A stretch of 64,000 bases of DNA from positions 1,834,579-1,898,578 of the forward strand of contig ML996688.1 in NCBI GenBank assembly GCA_010356995.1, in the 5' to 3' direction. Position 1 is the stretch's first letter; the number at the start of each line of letters is the position of its first letter. Below, in pieces: positions 36,004 through 48,205 of the stretch. The DNA is from Trichodelitschia bisporula (taxonomy: Eukaryota). Made by a program: the position numbers and the translations under genes. The notes under the pieces were generated by a model. It did no database searches. It was given only the letters and a program-made list of their open reading frames with translations, and was not told where the DNA came from.

Positions 36004-38066
36004 CTACATCTCCCCTTCCCCATGGGGTTCATCTCCGGTAGAAGTCCCGGTCCCTGTCGTGCGGCCGATCCCTCTGCGGGCTGCGGCTCCGCGTCCTCCT
36101 ATGTCCCCAGTTCCGGTCTGGCCCGAGCCGCTCTTCACGGTCACGATCACGGTATTCACCGCGCGGCGGCGGTGGTCGACGGTCATCCCTTTCCCATGGT
36201 GGTGGATGTGAAAAGCGCCCTGGAGGTTCGCGCCCTGGAGGTTCGCGCGAGCGCCGCTCATCAGGCTCACGGGATACACGGTCGTGGCGTCGAGCAGCAT
36301 CTGGTGTCGTGTAGCTAGGAACGTACGTATCCTTGAAGCGCGGGGGCTCCCTAGGCTCCCGCGAGATCATCGGATTGTGCGGCAGCGGATGACGGGCACC
36401 GTTCGGAGGTGGAGGCGGCAAATGCGCGTGACGCGGGGGGGGCGGGAGATTCTCATACTGGTAGGGCGGAGGAGGACCTTGCTGCCAGGGTGTACGACGC
36501 GGAGGCGGCGCGTTCCCCTCCAAGGCAGCAGGAGGCACTCGGTTGTTGAAAGGCGGTAACTGGGGCGCCGGCGTGTCTTTCCACCCGGGCGGGCGCGAAG
36601 ACGGCGGCGGCTGCGGGAGAGGATGATGCGGGAGAGGCACCGAACCCGTCCCCGTCCACTCCCCGTTCGCGCCAATCCCGACACTGCCTCCAGCGGGTGC
36701 GGGTGGCAGAGCTTGTTTGGTGCTGCGACTGCTGCGACGGTCAAGCTCGTGGGAGTCGCTGTACCACGGTATCTCGTCTGGCCGCGAAGGGAGCGGATGG
36801 TTCTTAAAGAACGGGTGCTCAAGCGCATCAATGGCGTTGATGCGCTTGCGCCAGTCCAGTTTGAGCAGTTCTCCAAGTAACGACACTGTGTCCTTCCCAT
36901 ATCTACGAATTCTTTTAGCGCGGCTACCATAGCAACGACGTCTAACCCACTGTTCAAAAGAGGCTTCAAGTTTGCCTTTGCGAGGCTCGAAGGTCTTGAC
37001 GCCCTCGCACCCAGGGAGTGACGACCAACCCGGCATAGACTCTTCGTTGGGTGATCCAACAAGATCAAAAATGAGCTGCGCCTGGTGCAGCTCGCTGTTG
37101 CCCGTAAAGATAGGCTTCCTGTTGAACATCTCACCCAGTATGCACCCTATACCCCACATGTCGATTGCAGTAGTGTACCGACGGAGGGAGAGGAGCAACT
37201 CGGGCGGCCGGTACCAACGCGTGACAACAAGCATCGTGTAGTCGCGCTTCGCCTCACCGCCGCCGGCGCCCGGGCGAGGCACAGGCTCGTCGTAGTGGCG
37301 CGCGAGGCCGAAGTCCGCGATTTTCAGGATACCGCGGTTGCTAATGAGGATGTTGGCGGCTTCAGGCGTCAGCTAAATCACAACAAGTACCGAAAAGCTT
37401 ACCTTTCATGTCGCGATGCAGAATATGACTCTGTTTCAGCGTCAGTTATCTCGAGCCAAATGCTGGCAAGACTCACGTTGTGGAGGTACTTAATCCCCCG
37501 CAGCAGCTGCAGCATGTAACACTTGATGTACTCCAGCTTGAGATGGACATCTTTGTTTTCAAGCAGACCCGACAAATCGTGCTCCATGTACGGCGTGACC
37601 ATGTAGAGTATGCCTCGCTTGCGTGGTTCTTTGTGGTCAGTGAAAGTCCGTGGTGGTACGGAATCCGAACCTCTCGGTCGCTCCACGGCCATCTCCTCCA
37701 GTTTGATGACATTGACGTGCGACAGCATCTTGAGCAGCTTTATTTCGCGCAGAGCCGTAATAGGGAACTAGCCTGTTAGCTACCATCGCAGCATGAGCAA
37801 ACGACGAACCCCGTCTTTTTCATGGTGCATGAGGATCTTCTTGAGCGCGACAACAGCGCCCGTGCGAATAGACGTCGCCTTGTAGACTTCGCTGTGCCCG
37901 ATGTCAGCTTGCGCGCCTTGCAATGGCTCATGTCTTCATACCCAAATGTGCCTTCCCCAAGCTTCAGGCCGATCTCATAGTTGCGGATGCTGGAACAGCC
38001 GCTGTAGCTGCGGTTCAGCGGCACCGGAGCCGTCGGAGTCGACTTCGGCGGACTTGCCTGCGACAT
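36004..38066 (-). CDS. BUR1: Bur1/Sgv1 (CDK9-like) Ser/Thr kinase with Pro/Arg-rich tail (multi-intron)
   Basis: [69 protein letters not shown]. Confidence 0.93.
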
Positions 38067-38565
38067 TGTAGCGACAGATAGGGGGGACAGAGATGAGCGG
38101 GGCGATGACGGAGGAAGTCCGTTATGACGATGCAGACATCAAGGGAGGGGGTTCACAAAATGTACTGGCAATAAGAGTCGGGTTGTCAATGCTGATGCGC
38201 CGATGAAATAGGTAGGAGCATAAGAAAACAAACCATGAGAGGATATGGCCAAATCCGAAAACTAGGAAGTAGCTGTGTGGAGGCGAGGAGAGAGTGAATT
38301 TGATGTCGCCGTTCGACGCCGCCAGCATTCCATGGTCACTGCCAAAGCCGCCAAGCATCACGCCGATCTCAAGGAACGACCCGCGATCTCGGCTGATAGT
38401 TTTGCCGCAAGCCGGGGAACATCAATCCGCCCGACATCCTAACATCGTCACCGTCCCTACCGAAGCGAACTTGTCGTCTCTTTGCTGTCCTTCATCGAAC
38501 AACGGTACGCTACCTGTCGCTACCTGCATGATGCTATGCTGACTCCATCCCAGCCTGCAGTCGCA

Positions 38566-38778
38566 ATGGCCGGCCCGAATCATACGGGCTCGCAACCGCT
38601 GCACTTCCACCCCCCTCGCTTCTTCCACAGATTCGCGGGCACCGCTCTCGGCGCCAGCATGTGGTTCTTCGTACGACATTCCCGATACTTAAGGACTCTC
38701 TAACTCTCGCAGCTCTTTTACCGGATGCGCAAGGACGGACCGGCTTTGATGGGCTGGAAGCATCCGTGGGACCATTAG
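38566..38778 (+). CDS. NDUFB2: NADH:ubiquinone oxidoreductase accessory subunit NDUFB2-like (1 intron, 38671-38712)
   Basis: Spliced peptide ...FHRFAGTALGASMWFFLFYRMRKDGPALMGWKHPWDH*. Confidence 0.85.
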
Positions 38779-41770
38779 TCGGGCACAATGAGAGTCAAGG
38801 ACGGGGAGCGGCGCTCAGCGGTTGGTTTGGTGATCCCCTTGTACAGCCCGGGATCATAGATCGGAGTAGCTACACGCTAATGGAGCATGTCGCGGTCTTT
38901 CCGAACACAATGTGCTTCGTTTCCTACACATCCCGCCCCAATTGCAGGCAGCTCCGCGCGCAACAAAGTACCTGCTGGAGATGGGATGACAACCTCGCGT
39001 CGTCTATACTATAATCTCCCTAGCATGGAACCATACGCTAGCCTGACACTCACCATATCTGCGAGCCAGAGTTTTGTCATTGGCCTCCGTACCCGCATGC
39101 ACGCTCACTTGCCTAGTAAGTTTTGAGACAATGTATCTTGTGTGGCCATCACTGTTTCTGAATTATCGCCTCTTCAGGGACCGCTGGGGCGACGCCCCGC
39201 TAACCGACCCGCTCAACCCAGATTCACTCTCCCGTATAACCCTCTGGACTCCGTTCCAGGCATCTCCTTTCTGGTTGCTATTTAGGGCATGCGGCTCGGG
39301 CAAGGGCCGTTACCAGTTCAGGAGGACAGTGTTCTGGGAGTCAAGTACTGAATGCGGGCTTAGGAGATTCGCGCATAACAGGTGCTTCCGAAGCTAGGGA
39401 CATTCCGCTGCTAGCCATTTGGCCTTCACAGTTTGGTAGAGCATCAACGCGATGTGTGGCTGTATATATGCAGCATCAATGACAATCCAAAGCTTTGCGA
39501 TTGTACAAGCTCATCCCATGTAGCACTGACATCAACATTTGAGCTGAATCCGTGACCCAAATCTGAGCACGTACTTGTCCAATTGGACGAAGTTGGGGAG
39601 AGAAGGCATCGAATGCGAGCCATCTGAATTGGTGAGTGGAATTTCAATGTTGTTTGTCCGCTTGTAGATGCGAAAAGGGCAATCCCCGATTTTGGTAGTG
39701 ACATTCATGCAGAATATCAAGAAATGAATCCAGGCACATGCTTTTAGGATTAGACAAATATTTGGCATTCATTCCATTCACGTTCAATATCATTGTTGAA
39801 TAATCGAAATGAACTGTAGGAGATGGGCTGAGGGTTCTTCATGAAAGACGCAATGTCACGATGCGGATGAAACATAAAGATTGTATCAAGCATCAGATTA
39901 TCCTCCGGCCAGGAGAACATTGCTATGTGGGAGTCACCGCAGCCCCTGAATGGGAAGGCATCTCCATAAACAACACTTGCGACCAAAGAACAGTAGACAA
40001 AAGTGAGACAAAGATAAAGGAATGGATATAATGTCTCCGATGTCTGGGGTTGTGATAGCCCATTGTCCTGCGCATGCGCAACGTCGACAAGGAGGCTTGA
40101 AATCGTGTAGGCAAACGAATGGACCACAGCCCGCGCTGGCCCACAATCAGCCGGACGAAGCTCTAACAGTCGAGAGTTATGCGGGAACAGGGCCGCGAGG
40201 GACCTGAGGGACGGAAGGGTACTGTGTATGTGGAGAGGTGGAGTTTGAGGGACGAAGCACATGTCGCCAGCTGCAGACCAGGTCCCCTCGAGCTTGGGCC
40301 ACGAACGAACCCTCTAACCGGTCAAGCGTCATCGCACGTGGTACCCCGCATTATCCGTTTGGAGCGTTGCACTTTTGTTGACTTCAACGGCCACTTTGGG
40401 CCATTGTGTGCGCTGACCTCACCTTACAAAGTGCCAGAGTCCCGAATCGGGCTCTTCGGATGTCGGAGTCTGGAGGAGTTGGGAAATTCCATACCACGTC
40501 TCTGCTGACTCCACCGAATGCGCCTTACCTCGTCCGGGAAAGGCGACAGGGTTCGGTCTCCGCACGGCGGGGCGTCTGATTGGGTTTGATCGCGATCTGG
40601 AGATTGAAGTAGATGAATTGGCAGCACAACAGCCCGATAAGACGCAGAGACACCGATCCCCCGCATATCGCGCACAAAACTCTGTTGACAGTTGGCAGTT
40701 GAGTTACGGGACATGTCTTGAGCGGTGGAAGAACGTGTGGCGTGATGGATGCATTATTGCGGCAAGAGTCGGAGGGCGATCCGTCGAATCCGGCGATCAG
40801 GCTATTGTTGCTCGTGTTTGCTGGATGCGGATAGGGAGGGGGTCAGAAAGGACGGTAGGGATGGGCGCAACAGGCGGTTAGATAGCGAGACCATGGTATG
40901 AAGTGATAAGATGAATAGAAATATGAGAGGTTAAGAGGCTCACCGATGGACGTACGCGGGAGGAAATTCGTTGTTGATGATGACGGGACATGACATAAAA
41001 AGTATTGATGCCTGATGTTGGATGCCATTCGGCCTTGTCGCCTCAAGTGCCTCGCTAAACTGTCTGTGGGAGCCTGAAGGATTAGGCATAAGGAATGATC
41101 GGCGAGGCAGGGCGTGTCGCTCGCCGACGACTTCTCGCTCCTCTCCTCTCAGCCAAAGGATCCCCACCAGCTCCATCATCACCAACCACCTCCACCACCC
41201 TCCTCGACCCTCCAAACCCCGCAGCAACACCAACCTCAACTCTATCATCGACTCCGACCTCCAGTCAATCTCCCCTGCTCCCATCTTCTTCGACCAAAAC
41301 ACCCGATACAAAGCAACATTGTTCACGTTCATCCCCGCCGTGCTCCCAGCTTCAAATCTTTCCGCGCAGCCTGAGTAGCCTCCCGAAACCTCCACCCCGA
41401 TTGGGTATACACATGCTCTTTGTGTAGATACACTCAAAAGGAAAACACGTTTGGCGCAACAATAGCTTGCCTGGACGTACTACAAAACCCTACATTCCTC
41501 CTCCGCCGTCGACGCCATTCTCTCCCTCTGCCATCCCGCCATCTCCCCCCAACCATCGTCCAGATCGCTTTCGACCAGCACCGGAGGCTGTGTGCCGCTG
41601 TCGCTGCTGTCGTCCACCGTCTACTCTGCACCGGATCCGCAGTGCGCATCTTTGCATAGCAGCTGCAGTGTCCCTTCTTCCTCCGCCCGCCAGCTCCCTC
41701 CCTGCCCCACTGTGCCGCGCCGTGAGGCACAAACGCGCAACGGAAAAATTCGTCTTCTATGCAGCGTGCG

Positions 41771-43999
41771 ATGGCTTCACGCAAGCGCAATGCGCCTGGC
41801 GCGTCTCCTCTCCTCCCGCAGCAACAGGCGCAGCACTTCCAGCCGGACCTCTCCTTCCAGCCGCAGGATCCGAACTCCGGATTTGACGCGAGCCTCGTCG
41901 ATTGGTCCACCGCTGACGGCCTGAACGTCGGAGCGCCGCAGTATGCCGAACCGGTCTACGACGCCGTGCAACATCAGCTCTACGACGTCGCCGCCGCCGT
42001 ACCCGTGACCGCCGGCCAGGGTGTCGCACCCACCGCCGCTAGCCAGCTAATCCGCCGAAATCCACAACAGCAGGTCGCAACGCGCGTACGCAGCGCTTGG
42101 ACAGATCCCACTGGTCAGATGCCGCCGCCGGGGTGGGAACAGGTTGAGGAGGAGGAGGACCTGGAGGCAAAGGCCATGGCGGCGAAGCGCGAGGCCCAGG
42201 CGAAGCGCAAGCAGATCCCGCCTTTTGTGCAAAAGCTCAGCAGGTGCGTTGCCGTCGGTACTGAGCGCAGCGAAACTAACGTCGACAGTTTCCTCGACTC
42301 TTCCAACAACACCGATCTCATCCGCTGGTCCGATGACGGCTGTTCCTTCATCGTGCTCGACGAGGATGAGTTCGCCAAAACCCTCATACCTGAACTCTTC
42401 AAGCACAACAACTACGCATCGTTCGTGCGCCAGCTCAACATGTACGGCTTCCACAAGAAAGTCGGCCTCTCAGACAACTCGATGAAGGCGAGCGAGAACA
42501 AGCGCAAGACGCCGAGCGAATACTACAACAAATACTTTCGTCGCGGATGCCCAGAGCTGCTGTGGCTCATCCAGAAGCCGAAGAGCTCGCCGGCGACGAA
42601 GCGGAAACGCGACGACAAAGGCGGCGGACAAGGTGACAGCGATGACGAGCGCAAATACGCTGCTCCAGAGTCTCAGCCACAGCTCGCTGACACGGTGGCC
42701 GGTGCGACCAAGGACCTCACGTTGGTCCCCAAATCGGAGTTCGACAGTCTTCGTCAAGAGATCGTGTCACTGCAGCGGCAGCAGAAGCTCATCTCGAATG
42801 TCATTCAACGCATGAAGCAGCAGAACGACCAGCTGTACCAGCAGGCTAACGCCTTCCAAATGATGCACGAGCGACATGAAAACTCCATCAATGCGATTCT
42901 CACCTTCCTCGCCACCTTCTATAATCGCAGTCTGGAGGGTCAAGGTGGACCCAACATCGCCGACATCTTTTCACATGCTATGCCCCAAAACGGAACGCAG
43001 CAAGGCAATGTCGTCGACATGGGTGACCTGCCGAATGTCGATCTGACCAACATGCAGACGCCCTCACCTTTGCAGCGCGCCCGCCGGCAACAACTCCTCC
43101 TGCCGGCACCAGCGGCTAAAAATGATGACTCACCCGTGACGATGCCGCCATCGGCGCGTGCAACTGCCAGCCCCAAACAGCAAGCGCGTCAAGCCATGCC
43201 TGTCTTTCGTAACAACAACGAGCACCCCACACCGCCCACCGAATCCGCCCAGACGCCACCCATCAAAACAGATGTAGAGACGCCGGTGACACTCGGGGAG
43301 CCGCATGATGTCATGTCCGTCATCCACGCCGCCAACGCAACAACCCCGGCATCGACCGACCCGGGCATGGACTTCGACTCAGCCCTGCACCACTTTGAGA
43401 ATTCGGGCGGGAATACGCCGCTGACAGCACAGGAAAGATCTGAGATTCTGTCGCTCATTGCGGCCGACACGGCGACTGTGGACCAGCAACAGCGGCGGCC
43501 GACGCCATCCAACAATGCGCTAACGAACCCCTTGCCACCGCAGCTTCCGAGACTCACCCAGATCAGCGCCACCAGGGATCAACTCGACCTGCTTCAGCGG
43601 CTGCAGAATGAGCAGGCGGCCAAAGTGCGTAACCTGACGGACCGTCTGCAGCCGCTGTCGCCGAGCGGCACGATTCCAGGGCTCGTGAACAACGGCACGC
43701 CGACACAGGGTGACGGATTTAGCCTTGATGACTGGCTTGAGCCGGTTGACTATGGCTTTCCGCCGCAGTACGAGGTTCAGCCCGGGGTGCCTGGACTGGG
43801 TGGCCTGGAGTTTGACTTGAATGAGAACCAGGCGCCGCCGGGTACCATGATGGATGGGATAGTGCAAGACGGGTACAACGGGAAGAGCCAACGGGTTGAG
43901 AGTATTTCGAGCCGGGGTGCAAGTCCGACGAGTCCAGATGGATATGGTACGGGGAACCACGCGGTGGGCAGTCCGAAGAAGCGGAGAAAAGTGAATTAG
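41771..43999 (+). CDS. HSF1: heat shock transcription factor (intron 42244-42288)
   Basis: HSF DNA-binding domain PPFVQKL...LIRWS...FKHNNYASFVRQLNMYGFHK, heptad region, INAILTFLATFY, C-terminal NLS PKKRRKV. Confidence 0.93.
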   Translation: MASRKRNAPGASPLLPQQQAQHFQPDLSFQPQDPNSGFDASLVDWSTADGLNVGAPQYAEPVYDAVQHQLYDVAAAVPVTAGQGVAPTAASQLIRRNPQQQVATRVRSAWTDPTGQMPPPGWEQVEEEEDLEAKAMAAKREAQAKRKQIPPFVQKLSRCVAVGTERSETNVDSFLDSSNNTDLIRWSDDGCSFIVLDEDEFAKTLIPELFKHNNYASFVRQLNMYGFHKKVGLSDNSMKASENKRKTPSEYYNKYFRRGCPELLWLIQKPKSSPATKRKRDDKGGGQGDSDDERKYAAPESQPQLADTVAGATKDLTLVPKSEFDSLRQEIVSLQRQQKLISNVIQRMKQQNDQLYQQANAFQMMHERHENSINAILTFLATFYNRSLEGQGGPNIADIFSHAMPQNGTQQGNVVDMGDLPNVDLTNMQTPSPLQRARRQQLLLPAPAAKNDDSPVTMPPSARATASPKQQARQAMPVFRNNNEHPTPPTESAQTPPIKTDVETPVTLGEPHDVMSVIHAANATTPASTDPGMDFDSALHHFENSGGNTPLTAQERSEILSLIAADTATVDQQQRRPTPSNNALTNPLPPQLPRLTQISATRDQLDLLQRLQNEQAAKVRNLTDRLQPLSPSGTIPGLVNNGTPTQGDGFSLDDWLEPVDYGFPPQYEVQPGVPGLGGLEFDLNENQAPPGTMMDGIVQDGYNGKSQRVESISSRGASPTSPDGYGTGNHAVGSPKKRRKVN

Positions 44000-44754
44000 A
44001 TGTGTGATGCGTGTGAGATTGCGGGTCGATGGGCGAGTGGCGGTTGGATTGGGCGTTATTGAGGAGGATTCTTTCGGCGTAGCATGGTCATAGCCCCGGA
44101 TGGGCACAGGAAAGGGGAAAAGGGAATTGTGGGTATCTCAACGCGAACGTGTTGTTATCGTTCCGGGGTACTGTACTCTGATTAGCGAGAAGGCTTCGCG
44201 GTCTGGGTCTGCATCATTACCATGGAGATACATCCGTGGACTGGGCGGGTTGGCTCCGCTCAGCGAGAGATCTTGTGGTCTTGAATGCGAGTCTCGAGAC
44301 TGGCGAATCTCGCAATGCTAGGTCTCGTACACATGATGATCTGGTGACTCGTTCGGTGTTTGGTAAACGGCAGGGTGCTGGTGATGGCGAATTGTCGATG
44401 AAGACACGCTGCAAGAAAGTCGATTAAGGTAGTGCGGCCTCTTGCGCAGCCAAAGTTTAGCCAGTGCGGAGGTCAGGAAAGAAAATGACGGAGAAGGGTA
44501 TGCTACGAATAGCGGATGTAAGGTTGTTGTTGTAGATATATCATGGCTACGGATGTATGAATGGTCTGCATGGTCAGCCCCCGCAAAGCACATGCTGGTA
44601 CCGAGCGATCAATCCCCGTCCTCCCCCACCTTGGCACGACCCCACCATCAAGATATTCCCCGCTGGTGATCATCTCAAAAATTTATCAACCGCGAGTGTG
44701 ATATCAACACTCACTTCCCTCCACCTATCTCCCTTTCCTCCTCTTCAAACCACC

Positions 44755-47135
44755 ATGACGACCATCAGGGTGCCATGTTCCTCCGCCAACATTGGCCCTG
44801 GCTTCGACGTCGTGAGCACACACCCACCCATCCCCCGCCCTCACGCGCACCGCTAAGAGTTAGATTGGCCTCGCGCTGTCCATGCACCTCGAGCTGCGCG
44901 TCACTACAGATAAATCCGCGCCGCCGGCCCCGCTCAACTGCACGCTTTCGTACGAGGGTCTGGGAAAGGAGGAGGTCAGCCTCGATCCTGGTGAGAACCT
45001 GATCACCCGTACCGCGCTGTGAGCCCGCTGTTCTCCGGCTTGAATGCCACTGTCGGTCAAGGCTAATTCCGTCGTTTTGCAGCTATGTCCTCCGTTGCCA
45101 TGACCAGCGCGCATTCCCGGTCGGCACCCATGTGCACATCAAGAATCCGATCCCTCTCGGTCGCGGACTGGGCTCGTCCGGCGCGGCTGTGGTCGCTGGC
45201 GTCGTGCTAGGCAACGAAGTTGGGCAGTTGGGGCTGGACAAGGCGCGCATGTTAGTCAGTGAGAGTCCGGCGGCGGAGATGAGCAGGACTGACGTCGCAG
45301 GATTACTGCCTCATGATCGAGCGGCATCCCGACAACGTCGCCGCGGCGCTGTACGGCGGCTTCGTCGGCACGTACCTCAATGACTTGGATCCAGAGGACA
45401 CAGAGCGCAAGGAGATCCCGCTCAGCGAAGTGCTCCCGCAGCCTGCGGGCGGCGTGGATACGGGCCTCAGGCCGCCGGAGCCGCCGCTGAATATCGGCCA
45501 CTATAAGAAGTTCCGGTGGGCGAAGGAGATCAAGTGCATTGCTATCATCCCCGACTTTGAGGTTTCGACGGCGTCGGCACGCGCTGTTCTGCCTACACAG
45601 TACTCGCGTGCGGATATGGTGTTCAATATGCAGCGGATTGCATTGCTGGCCACAGCGCTGGGGGAGTCGCCGCCGGATGCGGGGATGATCTACCAAGGCA
45701 TGCAGGATAAGGGTGGGCTCCACGATGCTTAAGGATCACTCGTACTAATGCGCATAGTCCATCAACCATACCGCAAAGGTCTCATCCCTGGCTTGACCGA
45801 GATTCTACAATCCGTCACGCCCAAGTCGCATCCCGGCTTGATGGGAATTTGCCTCTCTGGTGCCGGACCTACAAGTAAGCTGCTCTACGAGTGGTAGGAC
45901 CGCACTAACAGTCAGTTCTCGCACTCGCAACACACAACTTCGAGACCATCGCTGAACACCTCATCGCTCAATTCGCCAAGGAAGGCATCAAGTGCCAATG
46001 GAAACTGCTCACTCCCGCCGAGGAGGGCACGACAGTCACGCGTGACAGCGACGCTGCTCCCATGGAGGGGCTCACATACGCCGCAGCCGGCGTGTCCATC
46101 GATGCCGGCAACGAGCTCGTGCAACGCATCAAAATCGCCGTCAAATCGACACGGCGACCGGGTGCGGACGCCGAAATCGGCGGCTTCGGCGGCGCACTCG
46201 ACCTGCAAGCAGCTGGATACGACAAGGCGCCGGTGCTAGTGCAGGCCATCGACGGAGTGGGCACGAAGCTCAAGCTGGCGTTCGCAATGGGCAAGCACGA
46301 CACGGTGGGGATCGATCTCGTGGCGATGAACGTCAACGATTTGGTCGTGCAAGGCGCGGAGCCGCTGTCGTTTTTGGACTACTACGCTTGTGGGAAACTC
46401 GATGTCGATGTTGCGGCGAGTTTTGTTGAGGGCGTTGCGGCGGGCTGTCGGGAGGCGGGCTGTGCGCTTATTGGTGGTGAGACGGCGGAGATGCCGGGGA
46501 TGTATGCTGAGGGGGAGTATGATGCTGCGGGTAAGGCGACGGGTGCGGTGAGGCAGGGTGTGCAGTTGCTGCCGTATAAGGAGGCTATGGTGGCTGGCGA
46601 TGTGCTGCTTGGTTTGGCGAGCAGTGGGCCGCATTCGAATGGCTACTCGCTGATTCGGAAGATTGTCGAGCGGGCGGGACTGGAATATCAAGATGCAGCG
46701 CCGTGGGATCCGAAGATGAGCGTGGGAGAGAGCTTGCTCACGCCGACGCGGATATATGTGAAGAGCTGCCTGGCGCTGGTTAGGGCGGGGCTGGTTAAGG
46801 GGATGGCGCATATCACCGGCGGCGGGCTGGTGGAGAATATCCCGCGTATGTTGCCCGAGCATCTTACAGCCCTGGTGCATGCGGGTGTGTGGCACGTACC
46901 GGAGGTGTTTGAGTGGTTGCGCAAAAGTGGAGGAGTGACACCGACTGAGTTTGCGAGGGCGTGGAACACGGGCGTGGGGATGGTATGTGTTGTGCCTGCG
47001 GACAGATTTTACGAGGCGAAGGACTTGCTTGAGGCGGAGGGCGAGACTGTGTATAAGGTGGGTGTACTGCGGGAGAGGTTTGATGGGGAGGAGGGGTGCT
47101 TGGTTGTTGGCGGCGATGAGGCGTGGGGAAAGTAA
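44755..47135 (+). CDS. THR1-ADE7(purM): homoserine kinase - AIR synthetase (PurM) fusion protein, ~710 aa, 6 exons
   Basis: Exons 44755-44811, 44864-45018, 45083-45254, 45301-45712, 45758-45874, 45916-47135 total 2133 nt. N-half has SSANIGPGFDV, PLGRGLGSSGAA, ERHPDN, HQPYR, LSGAGPT. It continues without a stop into YAAAGVSIDAGN, DGVGTK, VAMNVND, GGETAEMPG, HSNGYSL, HITGGG. Confidence 0.9.
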
Positions 47136-48205
47136 GGATGGTGTTGCGATACGGCATTAGAGGCAGTGTTAGAGATCTGCTCCTAGAACTAGATCTACCT
47201 CAGTAGATTGAAGAGGAGCAGAGTGCGAAGTGACTATCGTAGTTCGCAGTGTTCCCGAACGGGTAATCAGCTATCGAATTGCACGTCGCACCGTCACCGT
47301 CCATCGCTGCTGATGACTGACCCTCCGGCAGCAGCAGTCGATATATCGAAGCTGCATGAAGTCGAGCTTCCCGTGTCGTTGCAAGGCTGATAATTAGTTC
47401 GATCCGAACGCCCGGTTTTCTGCAGGCTGCTCTAAATAAATCTCCGCTCCCCCCTGCAATGCTGCTGACTGCGCGTCGTGCATGACGTGCCCCGCGATGC
47501 GTCTGGACTGTACATGTCGAGATGTACTACATCCGGGTGTTTTGGGAGACTTAACTCTACCGAATGTGAGTTATAGTCTATCCAAGAAAGAGATGAAGAT
47601 GATGTTGAAGAGGCTGGATGGCAGTGATGTAAAAGGAGTCCAGTTTTTGCGACCATCACGACCCCCCTGAACTTTTGACTGGCGCGACAACACCACCGAA
47701 CCCCAACAAGGCAGGATGATGAAACCCGCATCAACGACGGCCAACAACCAAGGCACAAATCACCATCATCACGGAGAAAATAATCTCAGCCTAACAGGAC
47801 CATTTCTTCTCATGCCCGGTTCATCGAACGCCACGTCGCGCCACCGGCGCGCGCCCAACGCGGGAAAGGCTGGTGGCTGGTGGCTGGGAGTCCCACCTCC
47901 CAACCACCCCTCCTCTCTACGGGCAGCCACCTATTTTTGAAGCTATATGTCCTCTCACAGTCCTCCCACTAAACAAGACAGAGCGCTAAATCCGTCCTCG
48001 CTTTTATCTGCAGCTAGTTACCGAATCGTCGCTTTTGCAGCTATCTTCGACACTTCCGGCCGACCCGGATATTCTCCACTCCCAGCCCCGCGTCGCGCCG
48101 CCTACCGAATCCACATATCAACCCCCATCCGCCAGGTCGACTCGACAACGCATTCCGCATCCATTCCTCCCTCCCTTACCGCTCCAACCAACCGGCAAAA
48201 CCACC

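Noticed and set aside
39444..40146. AT-richer segment with broken minus-strand ORF fragments (possible pseudogene)
   Set aside because: No coherent exon model or recognisable domain could be built.
42244..42288. Stop-free 3n introns in HSF1 (45 nt) and EPL1 (16215-16262, 48 nt) as regulated retention
   Set aside because: Common by chance in short GC-rich introns; no independent support.
46062..47135. Stand-alone purM gene (possible bacterial HGT) as suggested by the ORF track
   Set aside because: The frame is open upstream into the THR1 last exon with no stop or room for a promoter, so it is treated as a fusion.
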